From the IMG/VR virus record IMGVR_UViG_3300035698_017721, positions 1,175-65,174 of that record: a stretch of 64,000 nt of DNA, one strand, 5' to 3'. The notes under the pieces are model-generated. The model did not search any database. It saw only the letters and a list, made by a program, of their open reading frames with translations, and was not told where the DNA came from. Source of the stretch: a virus (Duplodnaviria > Caudoviricetes). This document shows positions 50,950 to 60,449 of the stretch, piece by piece (position 1 is the first letter of the stretch; the number at the start of each line of letters is the position of its first letter). Position numbers and translations under genes: made by a program.

Positions 50950-51243
50950 ATGAAATTGAAACGATTTTCAGACTACGGTCAAAGTAGTCAACATACAATA
51001 AAACCAATCGTAGAAGACGCATTGGATGACTTCGAACCTGGTGAAGATGACGAGGATATTGAAGAGGTTAAAGTACAACCTAATGAATGGTCAGAGCGCG
51101 AAATTGAAAATCCTGAACCACAAGATCCATGTTCAGAATATATCACCAACAAGATTGGTCGACTAACCGAAGAAGGATACGATGATGTTCAAGCAAAGAA
51201 TATTGCTGAACGTATGGCCAAGCGAAGAGGCTTCAAAATATAA
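50950..51243 (+). CDS. Small acidic protein with CTS-like N-terminus
   Basis: MKLKRFSDY; GATATATA upstream. Confidence 0.55.
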   Translation: MKLKRFSDYGQSSQHTIKPIVEDALDDFEPGEDDEDIEEVKVQPNEWSEREIENPEPQDPCSEYITNKIGRLTEEGYDDVQAKNIAERMAKRRGFKI

Positions 51244-51253
51244 AGAATACACA

Positions 51254-51511
51254 ATGAAATTAAAACGATTTAACAACCTCAATGAAGGTGAAGGAGGATT
51301 CGGTATAGGTGACGATGGATGGGACGAGGATGACTTGTCAGATCTTATTGAATTAGCAGCTGAAGTTCAAGGCATGCATTATGAACTTACAAATAGTGTG
51401 AGAGATTCTGGTGGCGTTTCTGGAGATACTATAGAGGATCTTGCATCCGATTTAGAAGATTATGCCGAACGTTTTATGTATATTGTAAATGAATTAAGAG
51501 AGCGATCATGA
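51254..51511 (+). CDS. Small acidic protein with CTS-like N-terminus
   Basis: MKLKRFNNLNE. Confidence 0.55.
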   Translation: MKLKRFNNLNEGEGGFGIGDDGWDEDDLSDLIELAAEVQGMHYELTNSVRDSGGVSGDTIEDLASDLEDYAERFMYIVNELRERS

Positions 51512-51864
51512 AACTAAAAAGATTCAAAGACATCAACGAGGAACAAACTTACGTTGAAAAGTATAAGCCGAAACCAATGAAAGACTGGGATGGTAAATCT
51601 GCAGATATTCCGATGGGTAAAGTCGGGAAATTTGAGTTGATTTATCAAATTTACAGTGATGTAATGTGGGGTAACGGTATTCAAGGTTCAATTAGAACGA
51701 TTCCAACTAATTATTATGTTGCTTCTGTAGATGTAGATGGTTCATTAGAATGGGAAGACATGGAAGGTCAGACTAAAGACCTACGTACTAATCATAAAGA
51801 TGAAATCACAGCATTATATGATAAGGTCAAGAAAACACCACAATCTGATTCAGCAGGAATATGA
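51508..51864 (+). CDS. Small protein with CTS-like N-terminus
   Basis: MKLKRFKDINE. Confidence 0.55.
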   Translation: MKLKRFKDINEEQTYVEKYKPKPMKDWDGKSADIPMGKVGKFELIYQIYSDVMWGNGIQGSIRTIPTNYYVASVDVDGSLEWEDMEGQTKDLRTNHKDEITALYDKVKKTPQSDSAGI

Positions 51865-52347
51865 AACACTTACAACTATTCGAAAATTACGGCATGATTG
51901 AAAAACTAGCCACAACGGTCAATCCTTTGCTGTGGGTGATGAAGAAGATCTAAAACCTATTTATAGGAATATAGATACAACTCATGTACGTGTAGTAGGT
52001 GATGATAGTGATGCTATCCTAGCAAAAATTCAACAAGCACTTGAGGCTAAGGAAAACCTTATAATCGGAGATGCTGAAAATTTAGATGACCATCCTGAAG
52101 TAATGCAAACTGTAAAAGCTGCTCTTGATGCCAAAGAAACTTTGATCATTTTGGTAGGCTTGAAATTGAATCAAGCGATTAAAGACAGAGTTTATGTCAT
52201 TGAATAAAACAGAAATAATGAATTTAGGTCAGATAAAAGATGACGTTGCTGCTTTAGCACCTGATGATTATAATGAAGTTATTGATGCTATTATTGGATT
52301 ATTGGAAGAATCCAAAGATTAAATAGTACCAGTATCAAAAGTATTAC

Positions 52348-52387
52348 TATCTTTGTACGGTAGAAACGAAACAAACGTTGATATATA
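52348..52387 (+). promoter_or_regulatory. Tandem promoter elements: Bacteroidota -7 box TATCTTTG (52348) and phage GATATATA box (52380)
   Basis: Exact motifs; the same pair occurs at 61086 and 61112. Confidence 0.65.
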
Positions 52388-52400
52388 GAATAAGAATAAC

Positions 52401-52475
52401 ATGAGAATCGAGATCAACATACATGGAAACCATTGGCATCAGGCAACTGAAAGCTCGTGTAATCCTGTACTCTGA
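52401..52475 (+). CDS. Putative attenuator leader peptide MRIEINIHGNHWHQATESSCNPVL
   Basis: Ile x3 (including ATA), His x3 and Trp clustered in the first 13 codons; lies between promoter and terminator. Confidence 0.7.
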   Translation: MRIEINIHGNHWHQATESSCNPVL

Positions 52476-52493
52476 TTTAGAATTTCAAAATAA

Positions 52494-52535
52494 GAGAAAG
52501 GCCCGAGCATTAAATTGTTCGGGCCTTTCTCGTTT
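52494..52535 (+). terminator. Terminator hairpin of the His/Trp/Ile attenuator
   Basis: GAGAAAGGCCCGAGCA-ttaaat-TGTTCGGGCCTTTCTC-GTTT, ending just before the first tRNA. Confidence 0.75.
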
Positions 52536-52537
52536 AT

Positions 52538-52613
52538 GCACTATAGACCATCTGGCGAGTGGTAATGGCTTCCAAACCCATTAGCTGCGGGTTCAAATCC
52601 TGCATGGTGCCCA
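52538..52613 (+). tRNA. tRNA-Trp (CCA), atypical
   Basis: GCACTAT/ATGGTGC; loop TTCCAAA; C-C mismatch in anticodon stem. Confidence 0.6.
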
Positions 52614-52641
52614 AGGTTGATAGACCTTAAAACTATCAAAC

Positions 52642-52715
52642 GCGTTCGTAGCTCAGTTGATTAGAGCACTGCTCTCCAAAAGCAGGTGTCGCAGGTTTGA
52701 GTCCTGCCGGGCGTG
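52642..52715 (+). tRNA. tRNA-Trp (CCA)
   Basis: CTGCT-CTCCAAA-AGCAG; G73. Confidence 0.85.
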
Positions 52716-52771
52716 CCGCAGCTTTTTCGTACCTGAGTTAGATATATACTTTAAATCTAACCAAGTATGGA

Positions 52772-53650
52772 ATGCCAAGAAAGGAAAAAGAGTACCACGT
52801 CATTTATAAAACGACGTGTAAATTGAACGGGAAGTATTATGTAGGAATGCATTCTACGGATGATTTGAAGGACGGATATTTAGGATCTGGAACATATCTT
52901 AGAAAATCTATACGGAAGCATGGAAAAGAGAATTTCGAATATGAAATTTTAGGGTTCTTTGAAAATAGAAAAGCGTTAATTGATCGTGAGATTGAATTAG
53001 TTAATGAAGATCTGATACAAGATTCAATGTGTATGAATCTTAAACCGGGAGGTAAAGGTGGTTTAGGCGGTATGAAAACAGTTAGAGACAAAAATGGTTT
53101 TTGCTTTAATGTATTCAAAGATGATCCACGTTTAAAAACGGGTGAGGTTGTCAGTGTAATGAAAGGATTGATTATTGTAGTTGATGAATTCGGTAAAAAA
53201 CATGCGGTTAAAAAAACAGATGCACGATATTTATCCGGCGATTTAGTATCTCCATTAAAAGGTAAATTGATGGCAAGAGATAAAAATGGTAAAGTTAGCA
53301 TATTATCAACAGATGATCTTCGTTTAAAAACCGGTGAATTTGTACAGCAAACAACAGGATTTGTGACGGTTAAAGATAAAAAAGGAAAAATATTACATGT
53401 GTCTATTAACGATAAGAGATATTTGTCCGGTGAATTAGTAAGTATATGGAAAGATCGTAAACATTCAGAAGAGACAAAGAAAAAAATAGGATTAAAGAAT
53501 TCAATAGCTCAACAAGGTAATAAGAATTCGCAATTTGGTAAGATTTGGATCTATAATGTTGAGGAACAAAGGTCAAAGAAAATATCATCGGATGAATTAA
53601 GGGAACATTTGGATCTTGATTGGATAAAAGGTAGAAAAATAAACTTTTGA
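52772..53650 (+). CDS. GIY-YIG homing endonuclease within the tRNA array
   Basis: VIYKTTCKLNGKYYVGMHST..YLGSG; D.RL(K)TGE and D.RYLSG repeats. Confidence 0.85.
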   Translation: MPRKEKEYHVIYKTTCKLNGKYYVGMHSTDDLKDGYLGSGTYLRKSIRKHGKENFEYEILGFFENRKALIDREIELVNEDLIQDSMCMNLKPGGKGGLGGMKTVRDKNGFCFNVFKDDPRLKTGEVVSVMKGLIIVVDEFGKKHAVKKTDARYLSGDLVSPLKGKLMARDKNGKVSILSTDDLRLKTGEFVQQTTGFVTVKDKKGKILHVSINDKRYLSGELVSIWKDRKHSEETKKKIGLKNSIAQQGNKNSQFGKIWIYNVEEQRSKKISSDELREHLDLDWIKGRKINF

Positions 53651-53930
53651 TTTCGAAACTTTTTGTGATATGTATGATACATAGTGTATAAACATAACAA
53701 TACACAAAATGGAATTATCAGAAGTAAACAGTAATGCAACAATAGACGTAGAATCTTTAGATGGGTGGGAAGATGGAGAAATATCTATTAAGTCAACAAG
53801 GAAATTGCGAAGTTTTCTTGAAACATATTTAGGAAATAGCCAGTTGAAATTGGATAACATATCTGTCAAATCACTAGGTAGATATGGTAATTTTCAGAGT
53901 TTTTGTGATTGTAGTGATGATTTTTAATAT

Positions 53931-54007
53931 GGTGGTTGTAGTTCAGTTGGTTAGAACGCCTGGTTGTGGTCCAGGAGGTCGTCGGTTCGAGCCCGATTTT
54001 CCACCCA
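53931..54007 (+). tRNA. tRNA-His (GTG), G-1:C73
   Basis: CCTGG-TTGTGGT-CCAGG; two T-T mismatches in acceptor stem. Confidence 0.8.
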
Positions 54008-54125
54008 AAAGACGAACGGTCTAATTCTTAAGTAGCGGCGAGCGAATAAGAATGTGACACGAATTCAGCAAGTCTTACAAACCGTTTCAGATCGTACGAT
54101 TTTCGGAGCGTGAATGGCTATTTAT

Positions 54126-54204
54126 GGTGCATGTAGCTTAGTTGGTCTAAAGCGCTAGTTTGTGGAACTAGAGATCGTGGGTTCGAGACCCATCTTGCAC
54201 ACCA
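54126..54204 (+). tRNA. tRNA-His (GTG), G-1 with A73 and encoded CCA
   Basis: CTAGT-TTGTGGA-ACTAG; GTGCATG/CTTGCAC-A-CCA. Confidence 0.85.
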
Positions 54205-54216
54205 AAATAAAAGGTT

Positions 54217-54690
54217 ATGGAAATTGAAATTGTTGAAGAAGAATCTTACGAAGGTGAAATTGCTCGATTAAGGTTTGAGGAACGCCGAGAGGATTTCCTT
54301 AAGAATGGTAATGATTTTGTAAGGAATGCGTCAATTTATGATGATGCTTTATCATATACATATGGTTTAGCAGAGGAACATTCGGAAACCGTTGGTATTC
54401 CTGTTCTTCGTTTAGCACGCCTAATGGCTTTAGTAGTCATGCGATCTAAACTTGGAATGGATATTGTAGATCTGAATTTACCACCAACCTTTAATTCCAC
54501 AAGGGTTGTTAAGAAAAATACTGGTCGTATTGCTCCAACTGTTGCGATTCTTGACAAGCTGGAGAAGGTTGCATATTTGATCAACACATCAGATGAAGTG
54601 TTTTACTTCAGTAGTGTGAAAGGATATAAAGATTTTAGAAGGGTATATGCTCCCCTCGTTAAAGAAGCATATTGTAAATATAAAGACTGA
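54217..54690 (+). CDS. Hypothetical protein
   Basis: 157-aa ORF between tRNA-His and HisRS. Confidence 0.55.
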   Translation: MEIEIVEEESYEGEIARLRFEERREDFLKNGNDFVRNASIYDDALSYTYGLAEEHSETVGIPVLRLARLMALVVMRSKLGMDIVDLNLPPTFNSTRVVKKNTGRIAPTVAILDKLEKVAYLINTSDEVFYFSSVKGYKDFRRVYAPLVKEAYCKYKD

Positions 54691-54695
54691 AAGTC

Positions 54696-55317
54696 ATGGT
54701 TAGAGGAACAAGAGTACTTATTGGAAACGAGGCTATAAACTACGTTAAGGCGATAGATTCGATACGCTCATGTCTTCATCGCAGCAGGCTATCAAGAAAT
54801 CATTTTACCTAATCTGTGGGAACAGAAGACGTTCACAGATAAGGCTGGTCCAGAGATCCTGGGTCAGATGTATACATTCAATGATAAGAAGGGTCGGGAG
54901 ATCTGTTTATTGCCAGAGGCTACGGCCGTTGTCCAAGAGCTATTCAAAACTCAATGGCAGAATGCAATGAAGAAACCGGTCCGAGTGTTCTACACTCAGA
55001 AATGTTATAGGTACGAAAGGCCACAGAAAGGACGATACAGGGAATTTACCCAGATCGGATTGGAAAGGCTCGGAGGCACTGATGGCAAGGAAGAGGTAAT
55101 AGGACTCCTTAGAAGCTGTCTAAACAGCTTTAATATTGATTATAAGCTCAACGATACGGTCAAACGTGGTCTAGACTATTATGTCGAAGACGGGTTTGAA
55201 GTAGAGGTGGAATCCCTTGGTGCACAAAAGCAGATCGCCGGTGGTGGTCGTTACGATTGTGGAATTGGGTGGGCCATCGGTTTGGATCGGATTTTACTTC
55301 TACTTAATCAAAAATAA
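54696..55317 (+). CDS. hisS: Minimal histidyl-tRNA synthetase catalytic core (about 206 aa) with a +1 frameshift near 54768
   Basis: MVRGTR; GYQEIILPNLW..MYTFNDKKGREICLLPEAT; YRYERPQKGRYREFTQIGLE; RGLDYY; GGGRYD; GWAIGLDRI. Confidence 0.8.
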
Positions 55318-55380
55318 ATCAATATTTCTGGTCTATTAAGCCCAATAGCAAATTGTTTTTAGATATATAAAATAAAAACA

Positions 55381-56076
55381 ATGGAAAGTGGAATATACAA
55401 AATAACAAATTTGCTAAACGGTAAAATTTATATTGGAAGCACAAGTAATTTTGATTATCGAAAATATAGTCATGAAAACAAAGAAAATAACACCGTTATA
55501 TCACGGGCCATTATTAAATATGGTTGGTCTAATTTTTCCTTTGATATATTAGAATATTGTAAACCAGAATTTCTTGCTGAAAGAGAAAATTATTATTTTG
55601 ATTTATTACAACCATTTGTTGAAAATAACGGATATAACATATTAAGAACTGCAACAAGTAATGGGTGGTTGGGTCATAAACACACTGAGGAATCTAAAAA
55701 GAAAATGTCAATTAGTCGTTTAGGCTTAATACCGTGGAACAAAGGTAAGAACGGGTTACAAAAAATGAGTAATGAAGAACGGATAGCAAGATCTAAAAAA
55801 TATAAAGGAACCGGTAATCCCTTCTATGGAAAAACTCATACAGAGGAAACAAAGAAAAAATTAAGTGAACATGCTAAAGTAAGAGATATGTCACATTGTA
55901 ATAAAAAGGTTATACAAATTGACAAAAAAAATCTAAGCGAAATTAAAATTTGGGATAGTATTTCAGATGCCAGTGAAGAAATATTTGGTGATCGAAAACG
56001 TAGCAACATAACAGCAGCATGTAATGGCAGAGTAAAATCAGCCGGTGGATTCTATTGGTCGTACTTGGGCAATTAG
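55381..56076 (+). CDS. GIY-YIG homing endonuclease (NUMOD3/NUMOD1)
   Basis: GIYKITNLLNGKIYIGST, GYNI, NPFYGKTHTEE, SAGGFYW. Confidence 0.88.
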   Translation: MESGIYKITNLLNGKIYIGSTSNFDYRKYSHENKENNTVISRAIIKYGWSNFSFDILEYCKPEFLAERENYYFDLLQPFVENNGYNILRTATSNGWLGHKHTEESKKKMSISRLGLIPWNKGKNGLQKMSNEERIARSKKYKGTGNPFYGKTHTEETKKKLSEHAKVRDMSHCNKKVIQIDKKNLSEIKIWDSISDASEEIFGDRKRSNITAACNGRVKSAGGFYWSYLGN

Positions 56077-56138
56077 TAGATGGGTTAGCACGCAAAGCTT
56101 ATATCTTTGTAAATCAGGTTCAAGTCCTGGACTGCCTA
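56067..56138 (+). tRNA. tRNA-Ile (TAT), overlapping the endonuclease stop codon
   Basis: CAAAG-CTTATAT-CTTTG; T-arm TCAGG-TTCAAGT-CCTGG; weak D-stem. Confidence 0.55.
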
Positions 56139-56144
56139 CAAAAC

Positions 56145-56179
56145 AAAAAAGCGGAGTCCTTAATTGGATTCCGCTTTTT
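56145..56179. terminator. Bidirectional terminator closing the Trp/His/Ile unit
   Basis: AAAAAAGCGGAGTCC-ttaatt-GGATTCCGCTTTTT. Confidence 0.75.
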
Positions 56180-56468
56180 CATTTGATCTATTTTCTCGAT
56201 CAAACTTTACGATCTGTCTTCTAAGAAGTTCCACCTCAAGTGCATCTTTGGTGAGATTTACTACATGTAAACCACCTTGTGAACTGCTACCATAAAATAT
56301 ACCATATACCATGCCATCAGCTCGTTTGGTATCATACAGAACACAATTGTCACCGCCTTGGTCTTCACAACTAACGTTGGCACTATAAGCTCCAACATCT
56401 CGAGGTTCAATTTTTACATCACAACTCATGATTGTGAACATTACGATAATCGCTATAAGTCTTTTCAT
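56160..56468 (-). CDS. Putative lipoprotein
   Basis: MKRLIAIIVMFTIMSC. Confidence 0.55.
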   Translation of the reverse strand: MKRLIAIIVMFTIMSCDVKIEPRDVGAYSANVSCEDQGGDNCVLYDTKRADGMVYGIFYGSSSQGGLHVVNLTKDALEVELLRRQIVKFDRENRSNEKAESN

Positions 56469-56488
56469 CGTACAAAAGTACGAATTTT

Positions 56489-57571
56489 TTAAATCACAAC
56501 GTTATTCAAAGAGAAGCTCACATCTCCTAATACGGCTTCAGATTCATTATCGTTACTTGCTTCAAGATCTGCTGAAGCAATTCCAAACATTGCTATTTCA
56601 TGATTGGGTACTATCTGTGGATCATTCCAGAAAACGCCTGCAACGTGAAAAGATGGGTAAAGATCAATATTGTGGTAATATGTCTTTGGTGAGCCAGTGG
56701 CAATGGTGAATTGACCAAGAACGTTTAGGTCTATTGCGTTGTCATATATCCAAATGTCTACTGGACCACCTACAAATGCACCGGTCCATACTAATTGAAC
56801 CGGTATTCCTGGATTTAAAGCTTCTATATCTTCGCATCTACCAAGGATTGTAGTTACACTCCATCCCTCAGCAACCTCAGTTGGTCCTGGTGGCAAAGTA
56901 TTCTTATCCAGCCAAGGAATTTCTACTATACCAATTTCATCTATTTCAATTTCCCATCCAGTTTCTATCCAGACAAAGCCCCCGAATCCGAATATCCACA
57001 TATCAGGAATTCCATCTGTGTTAGTATCGAAAAAGCCAAGTGCTAGTTCCGAAGGATTATATCCTTCTTGAGTTACAGTCATACAATAATATGGTAATAC
57101 AGTAGCTCTACCACATGCTGTTGAATGTATAGTTAGTGCTTCGACTACTCCTACATCTGACCATTCGGCAGAAATTAAGTCAGGCGATGTAAATGTTATT
57201 ACATTGCCTCCTCCAAAATCTATTATAAGATTCCAAAGTCCATCAATTTTATTAACGGTCATTGGAAACGAAAAATTTTCTAACTGGAATACTGGATTAT
57301 TTTCTAAATCAGTTGTAATATATTCTAATCTGAATAGGAATTCTCCTCCGTCTGCATCGGGAAATGATAACCAGACATCTAAACCAGTTTCAAAATCACA
57401 TCCCGCAAGAGCACTTGCATTTCCACCACCTGGAGCACCTATTAGTTGCTTTGCTGCATACATCCTCATAGCCTCAAAGAGTTCTCTGTCTCGTTCAGCT
57501 TTTAACTTCTGCATTTTCTGAGCTTCGGATAAATGCTTGTTATCTGGTCTGTTTCTAAATTGATCGTTCAT
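56489..57571 (-). CDS. Hypothetical acidic beta-rich protein (possibly a virion protein)
   Basis: 360 aa; GATATATA box immediately upstream. Confidence 0.55.
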   Translation of the reverse strand: MNDQFRNRPDNKHLSEAQKMQKLKAERDRELFEAMRMYAAKQLIGAPGGGNASALAGCDFETGLDVWLSFPDADGGEFLFRLEYITTDLENNPVFQLENFSFPMTVNKIDGLWNLIIDFGGGNVITFTSPDLISAEWSDVGVVEALTIHSTACGRATVLPYYCMTVTQEGYNPSELALGFFDTNTDGIPDMWIFGFGGFVWIETGWEIEIDEIGIVEIPWLDKNTLPPGPTEVAEGWSVTTILGRCEDIEALNPGIPVQLVWTGAFVGGPVDIWIYDNAIDLNVLGQFTIATGSPKTYYHNIDLYPSFHVAGVFWNDPQIVPNHEIAMFGIASADLEASNDNESEAVLGDVSFSLNNVVI

Positions 57572-58349
57572 GCTTTATATATCCCTTACATAAAAAAAAG
57601 GGACCTAAAAAGGTCCCCTCTCAATTTTAAATGTCATAAAGTTTACCGTTCGTAAGAACGACATTCCTCATAATAGGTACTAATACCCATTTGTCAGGGA
57701 AATCTGCCAATCGACAAGATTCCTTTGCCAAGCGTAAGGCTTGGGCTTCAGCTTTCCACATTCTAACTTCATCAGTCGTAATAAATGTGGAGGGAGCGTG
57801 ATAACCATTTACATGGATAACATCTACTCGCCAGTAACGTAGTTTACGTTTCATTTGAACCAAAGGCTCAAATAGGCGGTGATGTATTCTGCGGTAGTAT
57901 TTTTATCATCATCGTATATATCTCAAATGTAAACGTTAAATTCGATTATTATGAAAGAGATTCTCCTATTACTTATTGAGTCCGGTGCTGAGTTCAATAA
58001 AAACAAAACACACAATGGTGATTTGTGGAAGATCGAAAATGTTAGAGACGGTGTTGACATTTATTGTTCTCTCGACGGAAAGTTTAAATACATGTGCCCA
58101 TCTGAAAAACATTGGTCAAGAAAAAAATAATGAAATGACTGTAATAAAATGTAAATCAGGAGTTGTCTTTTCGGCTTGTGTAACCAAGCATATTGATGCA
58201 AGATGGAAACTACAAGAGCTCTATTATAAGGACCAAGGCTGTACTGTTGAAACACAAGAAAGCGTAACATTTGGCGATTGTAATTGTGAACATTGTAATA
58301 CGTTAAATCACGAGTACGAAGAACTTATTGAATCCGTAATAAAAGAATC

Positions 58350-59576
58350 ATGGACGTAAAAAGAAAAATCATAATGGACATCAATAAAAGAAACGACATG
58401 GGCGTAGAAAGAAAAATCATAATGGGTGGAGGTACATTCCAGCCGATAGCAAATCATTTATCCTTATCGGCTCCGGCCTTTGGTAATACAGCCAAACAAC
58501 TTTATGAATGGATGAAGGATATTCCTGGAACAGAATTGGCTCTTACCAAAATGGCCGATCCTAACAGTAATATGGTTACAAATCAAGACGTGGAAAAATA
58601 TGTCTTGTCTCTATTGAAAGATCCGACTGTTAAATTGATCGTGTGTAGCGTTGCCTTCTGTGACTATGAATACACTGATGTTAATTTCCATGGTGACCGA
58701 TTCAAGGAAGTACATCCTACAGAGAAGATCATTGACCGGATTAGAAGAGTAAGACCCGATATTTTTCTAGTTGGATTTAAGACTACTACGAATGCTACAG
58801 TAGAAGAACAGCATTTGATTGGACTTAAAATGATGAAGAGATCTAAATGTAATTTGGTGTTGGCCAATGATACGATCACACGTAAGAACATCATTATCAC
58901 ACCAGAGGAATCTTATTATGGAGAGCATTACAATAATCGTAATCGTACTTTATATGAGTTGCTCAATATGATTGAGATGCGGATGGATGCGACTTATACC
59001 AGGACAGAATTCATAGAATGTGCTAATACATTTAAGATCAATATACTTTCACCCAATATGAGAAGTGTGCTTCACTATCTTGTAAATCATGGTGGATTCA
59101 TTGAGAACAACGGTAATGGATTTACACCTGGACATTTCTGTACACGATTGCAATCTGATGAGTTTGCATCGTCACAAAGGAAGGCAGACCACAATAAAGT
59201 ATTTACTGAAGGTGTTTCACTGGTCAAAGTGGTAGACGACAGATTCCTGGTTACAGGAACTAGAAAGGCTAGTGTCGGTGCTAAGAGTCAGTGGGAGTTG
59301 CTAAAAGCCTACCCAGAGTATCAGAACATCATTCATACACATAGTCCCATTAGATCCAGTTCATCGATACCTAGAGTATCCCAGAAGCCATATCAATGCG
59401 GTAGTCTCGAATGTGGAATGAACACGCTCAATGGAATGAAAGATTTCGGGGATGGTATTCAAGCAGTTTACCTTGATAAGCATGGACCGAACATCATGTT
59501 CAAGAATGATACCCCAGCTTATATGGTAGTAGAATTCATGCGAGACAATTTCCATATCGGTAGGAAAACGACATGA
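58350..59576 (+). CDS. CoaB/DFP-like ligase domain fused to a class II aldolase domain
   Basis: GGGT..PI, AFCDY, FLVGFKTTT, CNLVLAND; TPGHF, IIHTHSP, DKHG. Confidence 0.7.
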   Translation: MDVKRKIIMDINKRNDMGVERKIIMGGGTFQPIANHLSLSAPAFGNTAKQLYEWMKDIPGTELALTKMADPNSNMVTNQDVEKYVLSLLKDPTVKLIVCSVAFCDYEYTDVNFHGDRFKEVHPTEKIIDRIRRVRPDIFLVGFKTTTNATVEEQHLIGLKMMKRSKCNLVLANDTITRKNIIITPEESYYGEHYNNRNRTLYELLNMIEMRMDATYTRTEFIECANTFKINILSPNMRSVLHYLVNHGGFIENNGNGFTPGHFCTRLQSDEFASSQRKADHNKVFTEGVSLVKVVDDRFLVTGTRKASVGAKSQWELLKAYPEYQNIIHTHSPIRSSSSIPRVSQKPYQCGSLECGMNTLNGMKDFGDGIQAVYLDKHGPNIMFKNDTPAYMVVEFMRDNFHIGRKTT

Positions 59577-59670
59577 GAATAATTTCAAGTTTCGGAAATT
59601 AAACGTAACCTTCTGTATCTGTATACGTATAGTGCTTATCTTTACTAACCATAGATAAAATAGATAATTC

Positions 59671-60246
59671 ATGTTTTATACGTTCGACAAAAAGACCCTA
59701 AAATACACAAAGGTTACCAAACCCATTACTGCTTATCTTTTATTCTACACGATCTTTGTAGTGGGAACTGGTTATATGACTGGTCGAGATATATGTCAGG
59801 ATAATCAAGTGATGGTTGAGTCAGAAGCGATTCCAATTGTTCTTAATGAAGAATTAGAATTCTCTGAAGATGCATTATGGGAATTACTGAATGATCTTAA
59901 TGTACGATACCCACATATAGTGATGGCCCAAGCTCGAGTTGAAACTGGTCATTATAAGAGTAAGATCTTCATGGAGAACAACAATTTGTTCGGAATGAAG
60001 TGTGCAGCACAAAGGTGTACAACCCACAAAGGACCTATGAATGGTCATGCAAAATATGATTCATGGCAAGAGTCGGTTATTGACTATGCTCTATACCAAA
60101 CAAGCTACCTAAGGAAAGCTGACACGGAGGATCAATATATCGAAGCATTGGGTGGTAGTTATGCAGAAGATGGAAACTATATGAAATTAGTTTCTGGTCA
60201 AACAGACTCAGTGTTGGAAAAATATGTTATCTTAGCAAGCGATTAA
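59671..60246 (+). CDS. GH73-like glucosaminidase (peptidoglycan hydrolase) with N-terminal TM
   Basis: AQARVETG, NNLFGMK, YDSWQESVIDY, YAED. Confidence 0.8.
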   Translation: MFYTFDKKTLKYTKVTKPITAYLLFYTIFVVGTGYMTGRDICQDNQVMVESEAIPIVLNEELEFSEDALWELLNDLNVRYPHIVMAQARVETGHYKSKIFMENNNLFGMKCAAQRCTTHKGPMNGHAKYDSWQESVIDYALYQTSYLRKADTEDQYIEALGGSYAEDGNYMKLVSGQTDSVLEKYVILASD

Positions 60247-60449
60247 AATGAATGAAGTAAGAGATTTACAGTTTTTAGGTTTTTAAAAAACAAACCGCTG
60301 AAAAAATGATTTCAAGCGGTATTGATGGTACACAATTAACAGAGGACGATGTTGGTCGTACGGTTGCGTTATCTCCTAATTTAGGAATATAAAGATCTCA
60401 TTGAGAAAGGCTTCGTATACTTTTAAATTCTTCATCCTGTTTTTCTTGT

